Origin: Opitutales bacterium
Lineage (GTDB): Bacteria; Verrucomicrobiota; Verrucomicrobiia; Opitutales; PNEW01
Assembly (NCBI GenBank): GCA_965219535.1
Contig: CBDCNV010000001.1
Location: forward strand, 180,001 to 212,000
Direction: 5' to 3'
Length of the DNA stretch: 32,000 nt
The position numbers and the translations under genes are program-made. Numbering within the stretch: position 1 is the first letter of the stretch; each line of letters starts with the position of its first letter. Below, one piece after another: positions 17,532 to 25,965 of this stretch. The notes under the pieces are model-generated. The model made no database searches, was not told where the DNA came from, and was given only the letters and a program-made list of their open reading frames with translations.

Positions 17532-18500
17532 TCACAAAGGCCGTCCGGGTAAAATTTGCGCCCCGTGTTTTTTATCCCAGTTATCCTGCGCAGTCTGTAA
17601 CACACGCATTGCAGGCAATACCGATTCGCCAGTGACCGCCGGTGGATGGCCGTCTTTTACCGCTTGAACAAAATCACGCGTTACAAGCGCGCAATTTTCA
17701 GGTTCCAGCTCCATTGCTTCCTCACCCTCACTCGTGGTAAACTTATTTTGATTGATATCAATTCGGTAAGTATCGCAATCCGTAATGATCAGGGCATCCC
17801 ACATATTCTCTCGACTGTAATAGGATCCATTGCAAACCAACGACTGATCTTTTACTGTCTCAATGCCGAGAAAAACTTCCATCGGTATGCCCGTTTTTGG
17901 GTCGGGTGTGGGCATGAAACTGTGAACCTCTCGTACCGGTTCATTTAATAACCATAAGCCCATATCCAGTGAATGAGTAATGTGATGCCAAAGTAGATTA
18001 TCTGTCCAACTACGCCTATACCCTGTCCCGCCCACGTTTTCCAATCGATGAATATAAAACCGGGTAACTACTTGCCTTATATTTTCCTCACCCCCTACCA
18101 CTCTATTCCGTAAAGCTATTGTCGAACGTCTGAAGCGCAAGGGATGCACAACTCCCAGCGTTAATCCGCTTTTATGGCTGGCCTCAACGACGCGCTCCGA
18201 ATCTTTCAGGTTCATCGCGATAGGAATTTCGACGAGCGTATGCTTGCCCGCAGCTAATGACGCCAATGCATTTTCTGCGTGTATCTCACTGGGTGTAGCA
18301 AGTATGACAATATCAATTTCATCGTCCGCGAGCGCTTCGGAAAGATCCACTGTCCACTTGCGGTAACCATATAGCTCGGCAAAGGCCTTCGTCGGGTCGG
18401 GTCGCCTCCCGACAATCGTATGAAGACAACAATCCCTGTCTTTCAGGGCATCAGAGTGCCACACTCCCATCATACCGTGACCTGCCATGCAAATATTCAT
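17532..18500 (-). CDS. Gfo/Idh/MocA family oxidoreductase
   Basis: N-terminal Rossmann segment ICMAGHGMMG, VILATPSEIH, and an EKP-like motif as LVEIPIA. The start is 3 nt from the upstream gene's stop. Confidence 0.8.
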   Translation of the reverse strand: MNICMAGHGMMGVWHSDALKDRDCCLHTIVGRRPDPTKAFAELYGYRKWTVDLSEALADDEIDIVILATPSEIHAENALASLAAGKHTLVEIPIAMNLKDSERVVEASHKSGLTLGVVHPLRFRRSTIALRNRVVGGEENIRQVVTRFYIHRLENVGGTGYRRSWTDNLLWHHITHSLDMGLWLLNEPVREVHSFMPTPDPKTGIPMEVFLGIETVKDQSLVCNGSYYSRENMWDALIITDCDTYRIDINQNKFTTSEGEEAMELEPENCALVTRDFVQAVKDGHPPAVTGESVLPAMRVLQTAQDNWDKKHGAQILPGRPL

Positions 18501-18503
18501 CCT

Positions 18504-19487
18504 TTATTGGTCCACGCGGTAGAGCGGTTCTTTACCTGCCGCAATTTGTTCTATATTGCGCGCGGCCGCAGCAGCCCGCTTCCGTGAAGTCCCGTCCGTT
18601 ACGCCTGATATATGATTCGTCGCGATGACATTGGGTAGATTAAAAAGGGGAGAACTGAGGTCTGGGGGCTCCTGGCCATAGGCATCAAGCCCGGCTCCAC
18701 CTAATTTACCCTTCGATAATGCTTCAGCTAAAGCTTCCTCATCTGCCAGTGCGCCCCGCGCAACATTGATAAAAAAAGCGGTCGGCTTCATCAGGCCGAA
18801 TCTGCGCGCGTCAATGATATGGCGCGTTTCTTTATTCAAATGCAAATGGACGGATAGTACATCGGACTCCGCTACGATTTTATCGAGCGCGTCGGGTTTT
18901 CCGATAAACTCGAGACCGAATTCTCTAATTTCATCGTCACTCACTTCGCGAATATCGATAGCGGATATTTTCATCCCAAAAGGTAAAGCTCTTCGCGCCA
19001 GTTCGATCGCACTCGCTCCAAAACCCACCAAACCCAATTTCAAACCATCGAGCTCTTTTCCTACTGGTCGATAAAATTTTCCCGCCTTCAAATTTCCCTG
19101 CGTTTCATTGTATTGCCTTGCAAGCATCAGCATAAACATCATCGCGCATTCCGCCAAGGCGACCGCACTGAATGGTCCCGGACAGTTGGCAACGGGAATC
19201 TTTTTTTCACGCCAGTAATCCAAATCGAAATGATCGAGTCCGGTCCCAAGAACCTGCCATAGTTTAACTTTTTCCGACGCGATATCAGCCATTTCTCTTG
19301 TCCCTGCCGCCCCGCCGTGGTCAATGACGACATCAACACCTTCAAACTGTGGAGCTAGTGGCTTATCATAATCGCAGACGCTTAATTCATGACGGTCGTC
19401 GATCGCCATCACCACATCCAACTCCCAGGGATTTGCGATCTCTATGACTGGATGTGGTAAAAACAATACTTTAATATTCTTACTCAT
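18504..19487 (-). CDS. D-isomer-specific 2-hydroxyacid dehydrogenase (NAD-binding)
   Basis: GLVGFGASAIELARR (GxGxxG), NVARGALADEEAL, GLDAYGQEP and ATNHISG (the Arg/Glu/His catalytic context of the family). Confidence 0.9.
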   Translation of the reverse strand: MSKNIKVLFLPHPVIEIANPWELDVVMAIDDRHELSVCDYDKPLAPQFEGVDVVIDHGGAAGTREMADIASEKVKLWQVLGTGLDHFDLDYWREKKIPVANCPGPFSAVALAECAMMFMLMLARQYNETQGNLKAGKFYRPVGKELDGLKLGLVGFGASAIELARRALPFGMKISAIDIREVSDDEIREFGLEFIGKPDALDKIVAESDVLSVHLHLNKETRHIIDARRFGLMKPTAFFINVARGALADEEALAEALSKGKLGGAGLDAYGQEPPDLSSPLFNLPNVIATNHISGVTDGTSRKRAAAAARNIEQIAAGKEPLYRVDQ

Positions 19488-19523
19488 TAAAAACTTTCTG
19501 TCGTAAAAAAACTATCCTTGGAA

Positions 19524-20357
19524 CTACTTACTCCAATATATTGCATCGGCGTTGTCACCCATAATGGCTGCTAAATCTGGTTCACTTAAATAAGTATAAT
19601 AGCGCTCTTGGAGCGCGAGTACACTGGCATAACTGCTATTGAGAATAACATGGGGGAAATCACTACCCCAAATTAAACGCTTTGGACCATATGTTTCAAA
19701 TAGTGCTTTAAAAATGTCATGGCAGTCGGTGTAGGGCCAGGATTCTTTTGAATGATAATAATAGCCGGTAACTTTCACTGAGACTTGAGGGAATTTACTC
19801 ATCGCTAAAAGCGATTTAAATGCTGGCGCGGCCCTGCCAGCAGCGATATCCGGGTTTGCCATGTGATCAATGAGAAGTGGGACTTGTGGATAGCGTTCTG
19901 CAATTGCTGAGAGTGCCGGGAGGTGCTCGCTATTCATGAGCAGGTTTACCGCAATTCCCAGCTCCTGCGCAGCTTCCCAAACCACATAGGATGCCGATTT
20001 ACCGAAAATTTTCTCTTCCCCGTCCACGCTCGGGCGCATCCGCAATCCTTTACAACCCCGCTCCGTGACCCAGTATTTTAAACGTTCAGCCGCATCCGCT
20101 TCACGTGGATCGACATAACAGACCGCGGCCAGGTGTTCGGGGTCAGCAGCCGCACTGTCCGCGACATAGGAATTATCTTCACTTGGGAAGAGCGGTTGAA
20201 CAAGCACCGCTTTATTCACTCCGTGCTCCCCCATGTATTGCTTTAATAATTCGACCGGGACATCGGAACAGGGACTGACAATAGTTACCGCCGGGGCGGG
20301 ATGATTGCGTACCGCTCGCCAGACATGAAGATGTGCGTCAATGACCATACCCTGCAA
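19524..20357 (-). CDS. Amidohydrolase-2 family protein (sugar-lactonase/LigI-like)
   Basis: N-terminal IDAHLHVW, LIDHMANP and WGSDFPH are typical metal-ligand motifs of the amidohydrolase_2 lactonase group. Confidence 0.8.
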   Translation of the reverse strand: MQGMVIDAHLHVWRAVRNHPAPAVTIVSPCSDVPVELLKQYMGEHGVNKAVLVQPLFPSEDNSYVADSAAADPEHLAAVCYVDPREADAAERLKYWVTERGCKGLRMRPSVDGEEKIFGKSASYVVWEAAQELGIAVNLLMNSEHLPALSAIAERYPQVPLLIDHMANPDIAAGRAAPAFKSLLAMSKFPQVSVKVTGYYYHSKESWPYTDCHDIFKALFETYGPKRLIWGSDFPHVILNSSYASVLALQERYYTYLSEPDLAAIMGDNADAIYWSK

Positions 20358-20395
20358 TCGATTCTAAATCATAATCCTATCATTACATTTAAAAT

Positions 20396-21196
20396 TTAAT
20401 AGGGTATGATACCGCCGGCCACATTGATTGTATCGGAAGTCATGTAATTGGCGTCGTCAGAGGCCAGAAAGGCAACAACATTGGCCACATCCTCTGGTTT
20501 CTGAATTCGCCCTAAAGGAATACCGGCAACTATTTTCTCAAGTACAGAACCGCGGGGGACTCCTTCCAAATCTGCTATTTCACGGTCGATAAGTTCCCAC
20601 ATCGGTGTGTCGACAATGCCGGCACAAACACAGTTTACAAGAATCTGGTGTTCTGAAAGTTCAAGCCCGAGTTGTCTTCCAAAACCTACAACTGCATGCT
20701 TGCTCGCTGCATATGCTCCAAGCGGCACCGCTTTACCCGGGGCCATTTTCCCGGCTCCTGAAGCATTAATAATGATCCGCCCCCCTTTGCCCTGCTTAAT
20801 CATTTGTTTTGCGGCTGCTTTACTGCATAGAAATGTGCCTTTAGCGTTCACTTCCATGAGCCGGTCCCAAGTCTCGTCTTCTGTATCTATTAATGGGACT
20901 ACCGCACCGATCCCCGCGTTGTTGACAAGAATGTCAAGCTGACTGAACGCATTGATCGTTTCGTCGATCATCTTCTCAATGTCCTCTTTTTTGGTAACAT
21001 CGACTTTTAATCCGATCGCCTTCCCGTTGGTACCATTAATTTCAGCCGCTGCAGCTTCTGCAGTATCACCATCAATATCGGTAATAACTACAGCGACACC
21101 CTCACTTGCTAAGCGTTGAGCAATGGCTTTGCCGATTCCTCGACCAGCGCCGGTTACAATTCCGGCTTTCCCCTGAAGTTCCTCATACTTTGGCAT
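20396..21196 (-). CDS. SDR oxidoreductase resembling acetoin reductase / 2,3-butanediol dehydrogenase (BudC/ButA-like)
   Basis: TGAGRGIGKAIAQRLA, NNAGI and YAASKHAV (YxxxK). GIVDTPMWELIDREIADLEGVPRG closely parallels the BudC segment [24 protein letters not shown], recalled from memory. Confidence 0.8.
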   Translation of the reverse strand: MPKYEELQGKAGIVTGAGRGIGKAIAQRLASEGVAVVITDIDGDTAEAAAAEINGTNGKAIGLKVDVTKKEDIEKMIDETINAFSQLDILVNNAGIGAVVPLIDTEDETWDRLMEVNAKGTFLCSKAAAKQMIKQGKGGRIIINASGAGKMAPGKAVPLGAYAASKHAVVGFGRQLGLELSEHQILVNCVCAGIVDTPMWELIDREIADLEGVPRGSVLEKIVAGIPLGRIQKPEDVANVVAFLASDDANYMTSDTINVAGGIIPY

Positions 21197-21257
21197 GGTA
21201 TACTCCTTCTAATATAAGCTGTTAATATTAAATCTTATCAATTCACTTTATCCTCAC

Positions 21258-21728
21258 TCAGGATTTCTTCAGATCCATTTCCATCAATTCGAGAATGAAT
21301 CCATCCGGGTCTTTGAAGAACACAACTTTGACGACACCGTAGTCCCAATCCTCTCCCAAATCAAAACTTACGGGTACGGAGATAAATTCTACCCCTTTTT
21401 TTTCTAATTCATCACAAGTTGCCGGTAAGTTGTCTACGCCAAAACAAAAGTGTGAATGATTGGCCATACCCAATGCCGCATTAGAAACGTCTCCTTTGGG
21501 TTCAATATACTGCTGTAAATCGATGAGGATATCAGGGGTGTCGGGACAGGCGAGCCGTACAACCTGCATGACAACACCGGGTTTGCCCGCCATCTCAGAT
21601 ATTGTCTCTCCATCGAGTAGATGTCGTTCAACTTCTTCTAAACCCAGGACTTCTTTATAGAAGGGTAATGATTTTTCCAAATCACTCACGGTTACAGCCA
21701 CATGATCTAAGTTTTTTACAATTCCCAT
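21258..21728 (-). CDS. VOC (glyoxalase/bleomycin resistance/extradiol dioxygenase) family protein
   Basis: LDHVAVTVSDLEKSLPFYKEVLGLE N-terminal motif and the 156-aa two-module size. Confidence 0.85.
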   Translation of the reverse strand: MGIVKNLDHVAVTVSDLEKSLPFYKEVLGLEEVERHLLDGETISEMAGKPGVVMQVVRLACPDTPDILIDLQQYIEPKGDVSNAALGMANHSHFCFGVDNLPATCDELEKKGVEFISVPVSFDLGEDWDYGVVKVVFFKDPDGFILELMEMDLKKS

Positions 21729-21751
21729 AATGTTTCCTTTATATAATTTAA

Positions 21752-22951
21752 TTATTCAAATAACGAGGCCGGCGATTCAAAGGTATTTTCTAAAGTTTTT
21801 AAAAATTTTGCGGCTGCAACGCCATCCACGGCTCGATGATCGGCGTTTATTGTAACTTGCATTATCGGTCGAATTTCGATTTTTCCCTCAACCCCGACTG
21901 GTGTGTCCTTCACTGTTCCAACAGATAGAATCCCCACTTCGGGCGGATTTAATATGGAGGTGAACTGTTCGACACCATACATACCAAGATTAGATAGAGT
22001 AAAAGTGCTTCCGCTCATCTCCTCTTTTTTCAGGCGTTGCTTACGTGCACGATCCGCTAGCTCATTCAACTTTAAATGGATCTTCTCCATCGTCAGACTT
22101 TGTGCATTGCGAATAACCGGAATCATCAATCCATCATCCAGAGCAACCGCTACTCCGAGATGGACCGCATTATAGCGATGAATTTCATCGTCAATTATAT
22201 GTCCATTGAGCTCGCGGTGTTGGGTTAGTGTCTTGGCAACCCCAAGACACAAGAGCGAAGACAGCTTAATTTTGCTTTCACCTTTTGCCTGTTTTTTATT
22301 CCAATCATCAATTCGACTTATCGCTTCGCTCATATCGATTGAAAGGGTCAAGGATATAGGCGGTGCGTTTAGATGACTTTGTATCACACGCTGTACAATA
22401 GCTCGGCGCATGCCTTTCATCTCAATAACATCGTAGGCATTTTTCTTTATAAGATCATCGATCTTAATGCTTCCGACATCCAAAACGTCTTTGGCCTGGA
22501 TTGCACGATCAGCAAGCGAAGCCGAAAGGGCCGATAAATCTATGTCCAACTCAATAGCTAAACGCCTCGCTTTAGGCGAAGCGGCTACCAATTTCGACTT
22601 TTTTCTACGCGTGCTGGTTGTCGTTACTGATCCTAAAACGCGGAGCTTTGATACACCTTGTGTTTCGCTAACCTCAGCGCTCGATAAGATTGTCTCTTTC
22701 GGAATTTCTTCTCCTTCCTCCAAAAGATACGCTATTACCTGGCCAATCGGCACTTTATCGCCGGGGCTGGCTGAAACATTGGATAATATTCCTGATCCTG
22801 GTGACTCTATTTCAATTACTGCCTTGTCGGTCTCGACTTCAAACAACAGGTCTCCCTTGCTAACGCTCTCTCCATCGGATTTTAACCAGCTTATCAGAAC
22901 ACCCACATCCTGAGCCATCTCTAACGCGGGCATCACTATTTCTATCGCCAC
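21752..22951 (-). CDS. acoC: 2-oxoacid/acetoin dehydrogenase complex E2 dihydrolipoamide acyltransferase
   Basis: Lipoyl domain with VETDKAVIEIESPGSG, E3/E1-binding segment SPKARRLAIELDIDLSAL, and the catalytic DHRAVDG motif near the C-terminus. Confidence 0.85.
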   Translation of the reverse strand: MAIEIVMPALEMAQDVGVLISWLKSDGESVSKGDLLFEVETDKAVIEIESPGSGILSNVSASPGDKVPIGQVIAYLLEEGEEIPKETILSSAEVSETQGVSKLRVLGSVTTTSTRRKKSKLVAASPKARRLAIELDIDLSALSASLADRAIQAKDVLDVGSIKIDDLIKKNAYDVIEMKGMRRAIVQRVIQSHLNAPPISLTLSIDMSEAISRIDDWNKKQAKGESKIKLSSLLCLGVAKTLTQHRELNGHIIDDEIHRYNAVHLGVAVALDDGLMIPVIRNAQSLTMEKIHLKLNELADRARKQRLKKEEMSGSTFTLSNLGMYGVEQFTSILNPPEVGILSVGTVKDTPVGVEGKIEIRPIMQVTINADHRAVDGVAAAKFLKTLENTFESPASLFE

Positions 22952-22962
22952 AACGAAATTCC

Positions 22963-23964
22963 CTAATTATCTAGTAACTGGTTTGTTACTCTGACTATCC
23001 CCTCCACATTGGGTATCGTCTGATCTTCTAAAATCGGAGAAAAGGGAACGGGAACATCCATCGCGCCCATTCTATACACTGGAGAATCGAGATGATAAAA
23101 TGCTTTCTCATTGATCACCGAAGCGACCTCCGCTGTTACCCCAAAACTTTGATAGCCCTCGTCTATAACGATACATCGTGAGGTCTTCATCGCCGATTCC
23201 ACAAGCATATCCTCGTCGATAGGAGTTAAACTTCTCAAATCGATAACTTCAGCTGACACCCCCTCTTCGCCAAGTTTTAACGCCGCTTCAAGAGCGACTA
23301 AAACCATGCTCGAAGTCGCAATTAAGGTAATATCATCCCCTTCACGCTTGAGATCAGCTTTTCCAAAGGGGATCGTGTAATCCTCCTCAGGCTCGGGGAC
23401 GAGACCTTTAATTTGATAGTTCATTTTGTCTTCAAAGAATATAACAGGGTTGTTATCGCGAATGGCCGTCTTAAGCATACCTTTCGCATCGTAAGGAGTA
23501 GATGGCAGCATGACTTTAAGCCCGGGGATATGAGCGACCCAAGCCTGTAGGCTCTGTGAATGCTGTGCTGCCGCTCGCTTACCCGCTCCCATGAGGGTCC
23601 GAATGACCAGAGGAACCTGGTAATTACCACCTGACATATAATGCGTTTTGGCCGCCTGATTAACCAAGGCGTCCATAACAAGCGTGAGGAAATCGCAAAA
23701 CATGATTTCAACAATCGGCCGCAACCCGGTCATCGCCATGCCGACTCCAACTCCGGTTATTCCCGCCTCTGATATCGGTGTATCCAGTATCCGTTCAGGA
23801 CCAAATTTGCTGAGAACACCGTCGGTTACTTTAAAAACACCTTGGGCATTTGCCACATCTTCACCGATGAGAATTACCTTTTCATCGCGCTGCATCTCTT
23901 CGCAGATGGCTTCATTAATCGCCTGAATAATCGTGATCTCGCGTGTATTATTCTGCGTAGACAT
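22963..23964 (-). CDS. acoB: Acetoin/pyruvate dehydrogenase-type E1 component, beta subunit
   Basis: Typical transketolase-like pyrimidine-binding and C-terminal domains (GEDV...GVFKVT, DTPISEAG, IRDNNPVIFFE). The start overlaps the E1 alpha stop by 17 nt. Confidence 0.9.
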   Translation of the reverse strand: MSTQNNTREITIIQAINEAICEEMQRDEKVILIGEDVANAQGVFKVTDGVLSKFGPERILDTPISEAGITGVGVGMAMTGLRPIVEIMFCDFLTLVMDALVNQAAKTHYMSGGNYQVPLVIRTLMGAGKRAAAQHSQSLQAWVAHIPGLKVMLPSTPYDAKGMLKTAIRDNNPVIFFEDKMNYQIKGLVPEPEEDYTIPFGKADLKREGDDITLIATSSMVLVALEAALKLGEEGVSAEVIDLRSLTPIDEDMLVESAMKTSRCIVIDEGYQSFGVTAEVASVINEKAFYHLDSPVYRMGAMDVPVPFSPILEDQTIPNVEGIVRVTNQLLDN

Positions 23965-24919
23965 GATCTGTTACGGCTTCAGGGTTTGGGTAGGCGGCTT
24001 GTTGGGCAATTTCTATTCCCTTCTCAATTTCTTGAGCAACTTCCCCTTGAATGTTATCACAATCACTCTCGGTTATGTCCTCCACCGTCGAAAGATGTTG
24101 TTTATAGTTGTCGATGGGATCGCGTTTTTCCCGCCATTCACTTTCTTCTTCACGGGTGCGGTAGGCGCGGTTTCGATCACCCATTCCATGACCGTAATAG
24201 CGGTAAGTACTGAAGACGAGAAAACTCGGGCCCTCTCCTTTTCGCGCGAGTTCAACCGCTGAGGAGGTCGCTTCGTAGACTGCCAAAACATTCATCCCAT
24301 CTACAGTTACCGATGGAATACTATAGGCCTCGCCACGCATTTTTATCGTCCCCGCGGTTACCTGCCTCATGGGTGTGTATTCACCGTACTGGTTATTTTC
24401 ACAGGCGAATATTATAGGTAAATTCCAAATCGATGCCATGTTCATGGACTCAGCAAGGATTCCCTGGTTTAATGCACCATCACCAAAAAAACTGACACTC
24501 ACTCGATTATTTTTTTGTAATTTAGCGCTGAGTGCCGCGCCCGTGGCAATTGAGATTCCTCCTCCAACGATGCCATTAGCTCCAAGATTTCCGCTTTTCT
24601 GGTTGGCGATGTGCATGGAGCCCCCTTTTCCCTGGCAGTATCCATCCACTTTGCCGAATAATTCTGCGAACATCCGGCTCACTTCTGCCCCCTTCGCCAG
24701 GCAGTGTCCATGCCCCCGGTGTGTGCTCGTTATATAGTCATCGGTATTTAAAGCTGCACAAACTCCAACCGGCACGGCTTCCTGTCCGACTGAAACATGC
24801 GCGATACCCGGGATCTGCGCTTTTTCAAATAACCGTAATACCTGCTCTTCAAACCCTCGCACCGTCATCATCTGACGGTATAATTTTAAAAGAAAATCTC
24901 TCTCATATTCTCTGGTCAT
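23948..24919 (-). CDS. acoA: Acetoin/pyruvate dehydrogenase-type E1 component, alpha subunit (TPP-dependent)
   Basis: TPP-binding motif GDGALNQG...ENNQYG, plus YRYYGHGMGD and STHRGHGH. Confidence 0.9.
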   Translation of the reverse strand: MTREYERDFLLKLYRQMMTVRGFEEQVLRLFEKAQIPGIAHVSVGQEAVPVGVCAALNTDDYITSTHRGHGHCLAKGAEVSRMFAELFGKVDGYCQGKGGSMHIANQKSGNLGANGIVGGGISIATGAALSAKLQKNNRVSVSFFGDGALNQGILAESMNMASIWNLPIIFACENNQYGEYTPMRQVTAGTIKMRGEAYSIPSVTVDGMNVLAVYEATSSAVELARKGEGPSFLVFSTYRYYGHGMGDRNRAYRTREEESEWREKRDPIDNYKQHLSTVEDITESDCDNIQGEVAQEIEKGIEIAQQAAYPNPEAVTDHVYAE

Positions 24920-25151
24920 GTGCTCAATCTAACAAAAATTCTTATCTTCTTAATTTCTCCTGATGTAAATTCAATTACTTATAACGATCTCATTGCATTA
25001 TCCTGCCAGCGACAAATCCACTGCAATTTCTTTTAACTTTTTTTTAACATTACAACTCTTGATTATTTTTACTAAATAAATATCATAAATGTCGAAAATT
25101 TATATTATATACAGAAACTAATTACTCCTAATATTTCAATTCACCTTCAGA

Positions 25152-25550
25152 ATGCCTAATAAGACTTTACGCGCAACAAAACAACGTCACGCCATTAGGA
25201 AAGCATTTGACGCGACAAACCGTCCGCTAGGGCCGAAAGAAATTTTGCAAATCGCTGGAAGATCGGTCCCGAATCTGGGAATTGCCACTGTCTATCGCAA
25301 TATCAAAGTGATGATCGATGAAGGGGAATTGGAAACTGTAGAACTCCCAGGTCAGGCAGCACGCTACCAGCCCCCTGCCGATGAGAATCAGCAGCTTCTT
25401 ATTTGCGAAAAAGATGATTCCGTATTCACGATTAATAAGGAAATTGATGGCTTCCATCCGGATCTACCTGACGGCTTTGTCTTAAAGCGCTATCAAATTA
25501 TATATTACGGGGATTATCAGGAATCACCTGATGAGACTAATCGCAGGTAA
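25152..25550 (+). CDS. Fur-family transcriptional regulator-like protein lacking canonical metal ligands
   Basis: The N-terminal winged helix aligns with Fur (TKQRHAIRKAF...GIATVYRNIKVMIDEGEL). The HHHDHLICxxCG position reads ENQQLLICEKDDS. The C-terminal HxLxLYGxC position reads YQIIYYGDY. Confidence 0.7.
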   Translation: MPNKTLRATKQRHAIRKAFDATNRPLGPKEILQIAGRSVPNLGIATVYRNIKVMIDEGELETVELPGQAARYQPPADENQQLLICEKDDSVFTINKEIDGFHPDLPDGFVLKRYQIIYYGDYQESPDETNRR

Positions 25551-25831
25551 ATAGTGGGGTGTTCCTATCAACGAAAATTTAAACCCGGTTCAGCGCATGT
25601 CCGTAAAAGAGTGCGATTATATTCATCACATTTCAATCTGCCTACTTTGCACGAGTAGAGGTCGGGTGTAAGCTTCACATTTCTTTATACTCTTCTTTAG
25701 AATCGATCGTTCGCATGCTTGCGACTGTATCGCTCATCCTGATCTCGCATGTTGCTTTGATTACCTCATCATCCCTACTAAAACCGTTGACAAGAGTAGC
25801 GATTATTTTCCTTTGATTTGTGTTTGAATAA

Positions 25832-25909
25832 CGGGGCGTAGCACAGCCTGGTTAGTGCGCCTGCTTTGGGAGCAGGAGGTCGCTGGTTCGAATCCAGTCG
25901 CCCCGACCA
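25832..25909 (+). tRNA. tRNA-Pro (anticodon UGG), CCA encoded
   Basis: Cloverleaf folded by hand. Acceptor CGGGGCG/CGCCCCG, D stem GCAC/GTGC, anticodon stem CCTGC/GCAGG with loop TTTGGGA, T stem GCTGG/CCAGT with loop TTCGAAT, discriminator A plus CCA. Confidence 0.95.
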
Positions 25910-25965
25910 TTATCTATCGACATTTTTCTAAATTTGCTAATACTATTTAGCAAATTTTAATTTAG

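Noticed and set aside
24993-25009. Sigma-54-like promoter upstream of acoA. The minus strand reads CTGGCAGGATAATGCAA. Aco operons are classically sigma-54/AcoR dependent.
   Set aside because: The GG-to-GC spacing is one nucleotide shorter than the strict TGGCAC-N5-TTGC consensus. No AcoR-type enhancer-binding protein gene is in the window.
24920-25151. Fur-box-like operator in the AT-rich divergent region between acoA and the Fur-like gene.
   Set aside because: There are only vague AT-rich resemblances (for example AATAAATATCATAAAT). I could not find a convincing 19-bp inverted repeat.
25787-25792. TTGACA hexamer 40 nt upstream of tRNA-Pro as a -35 promoter element.
   Set aside because: No acceptable -10 hexamer lies at 16-19 nt spacing (CCTTTG or TTTGAT only).
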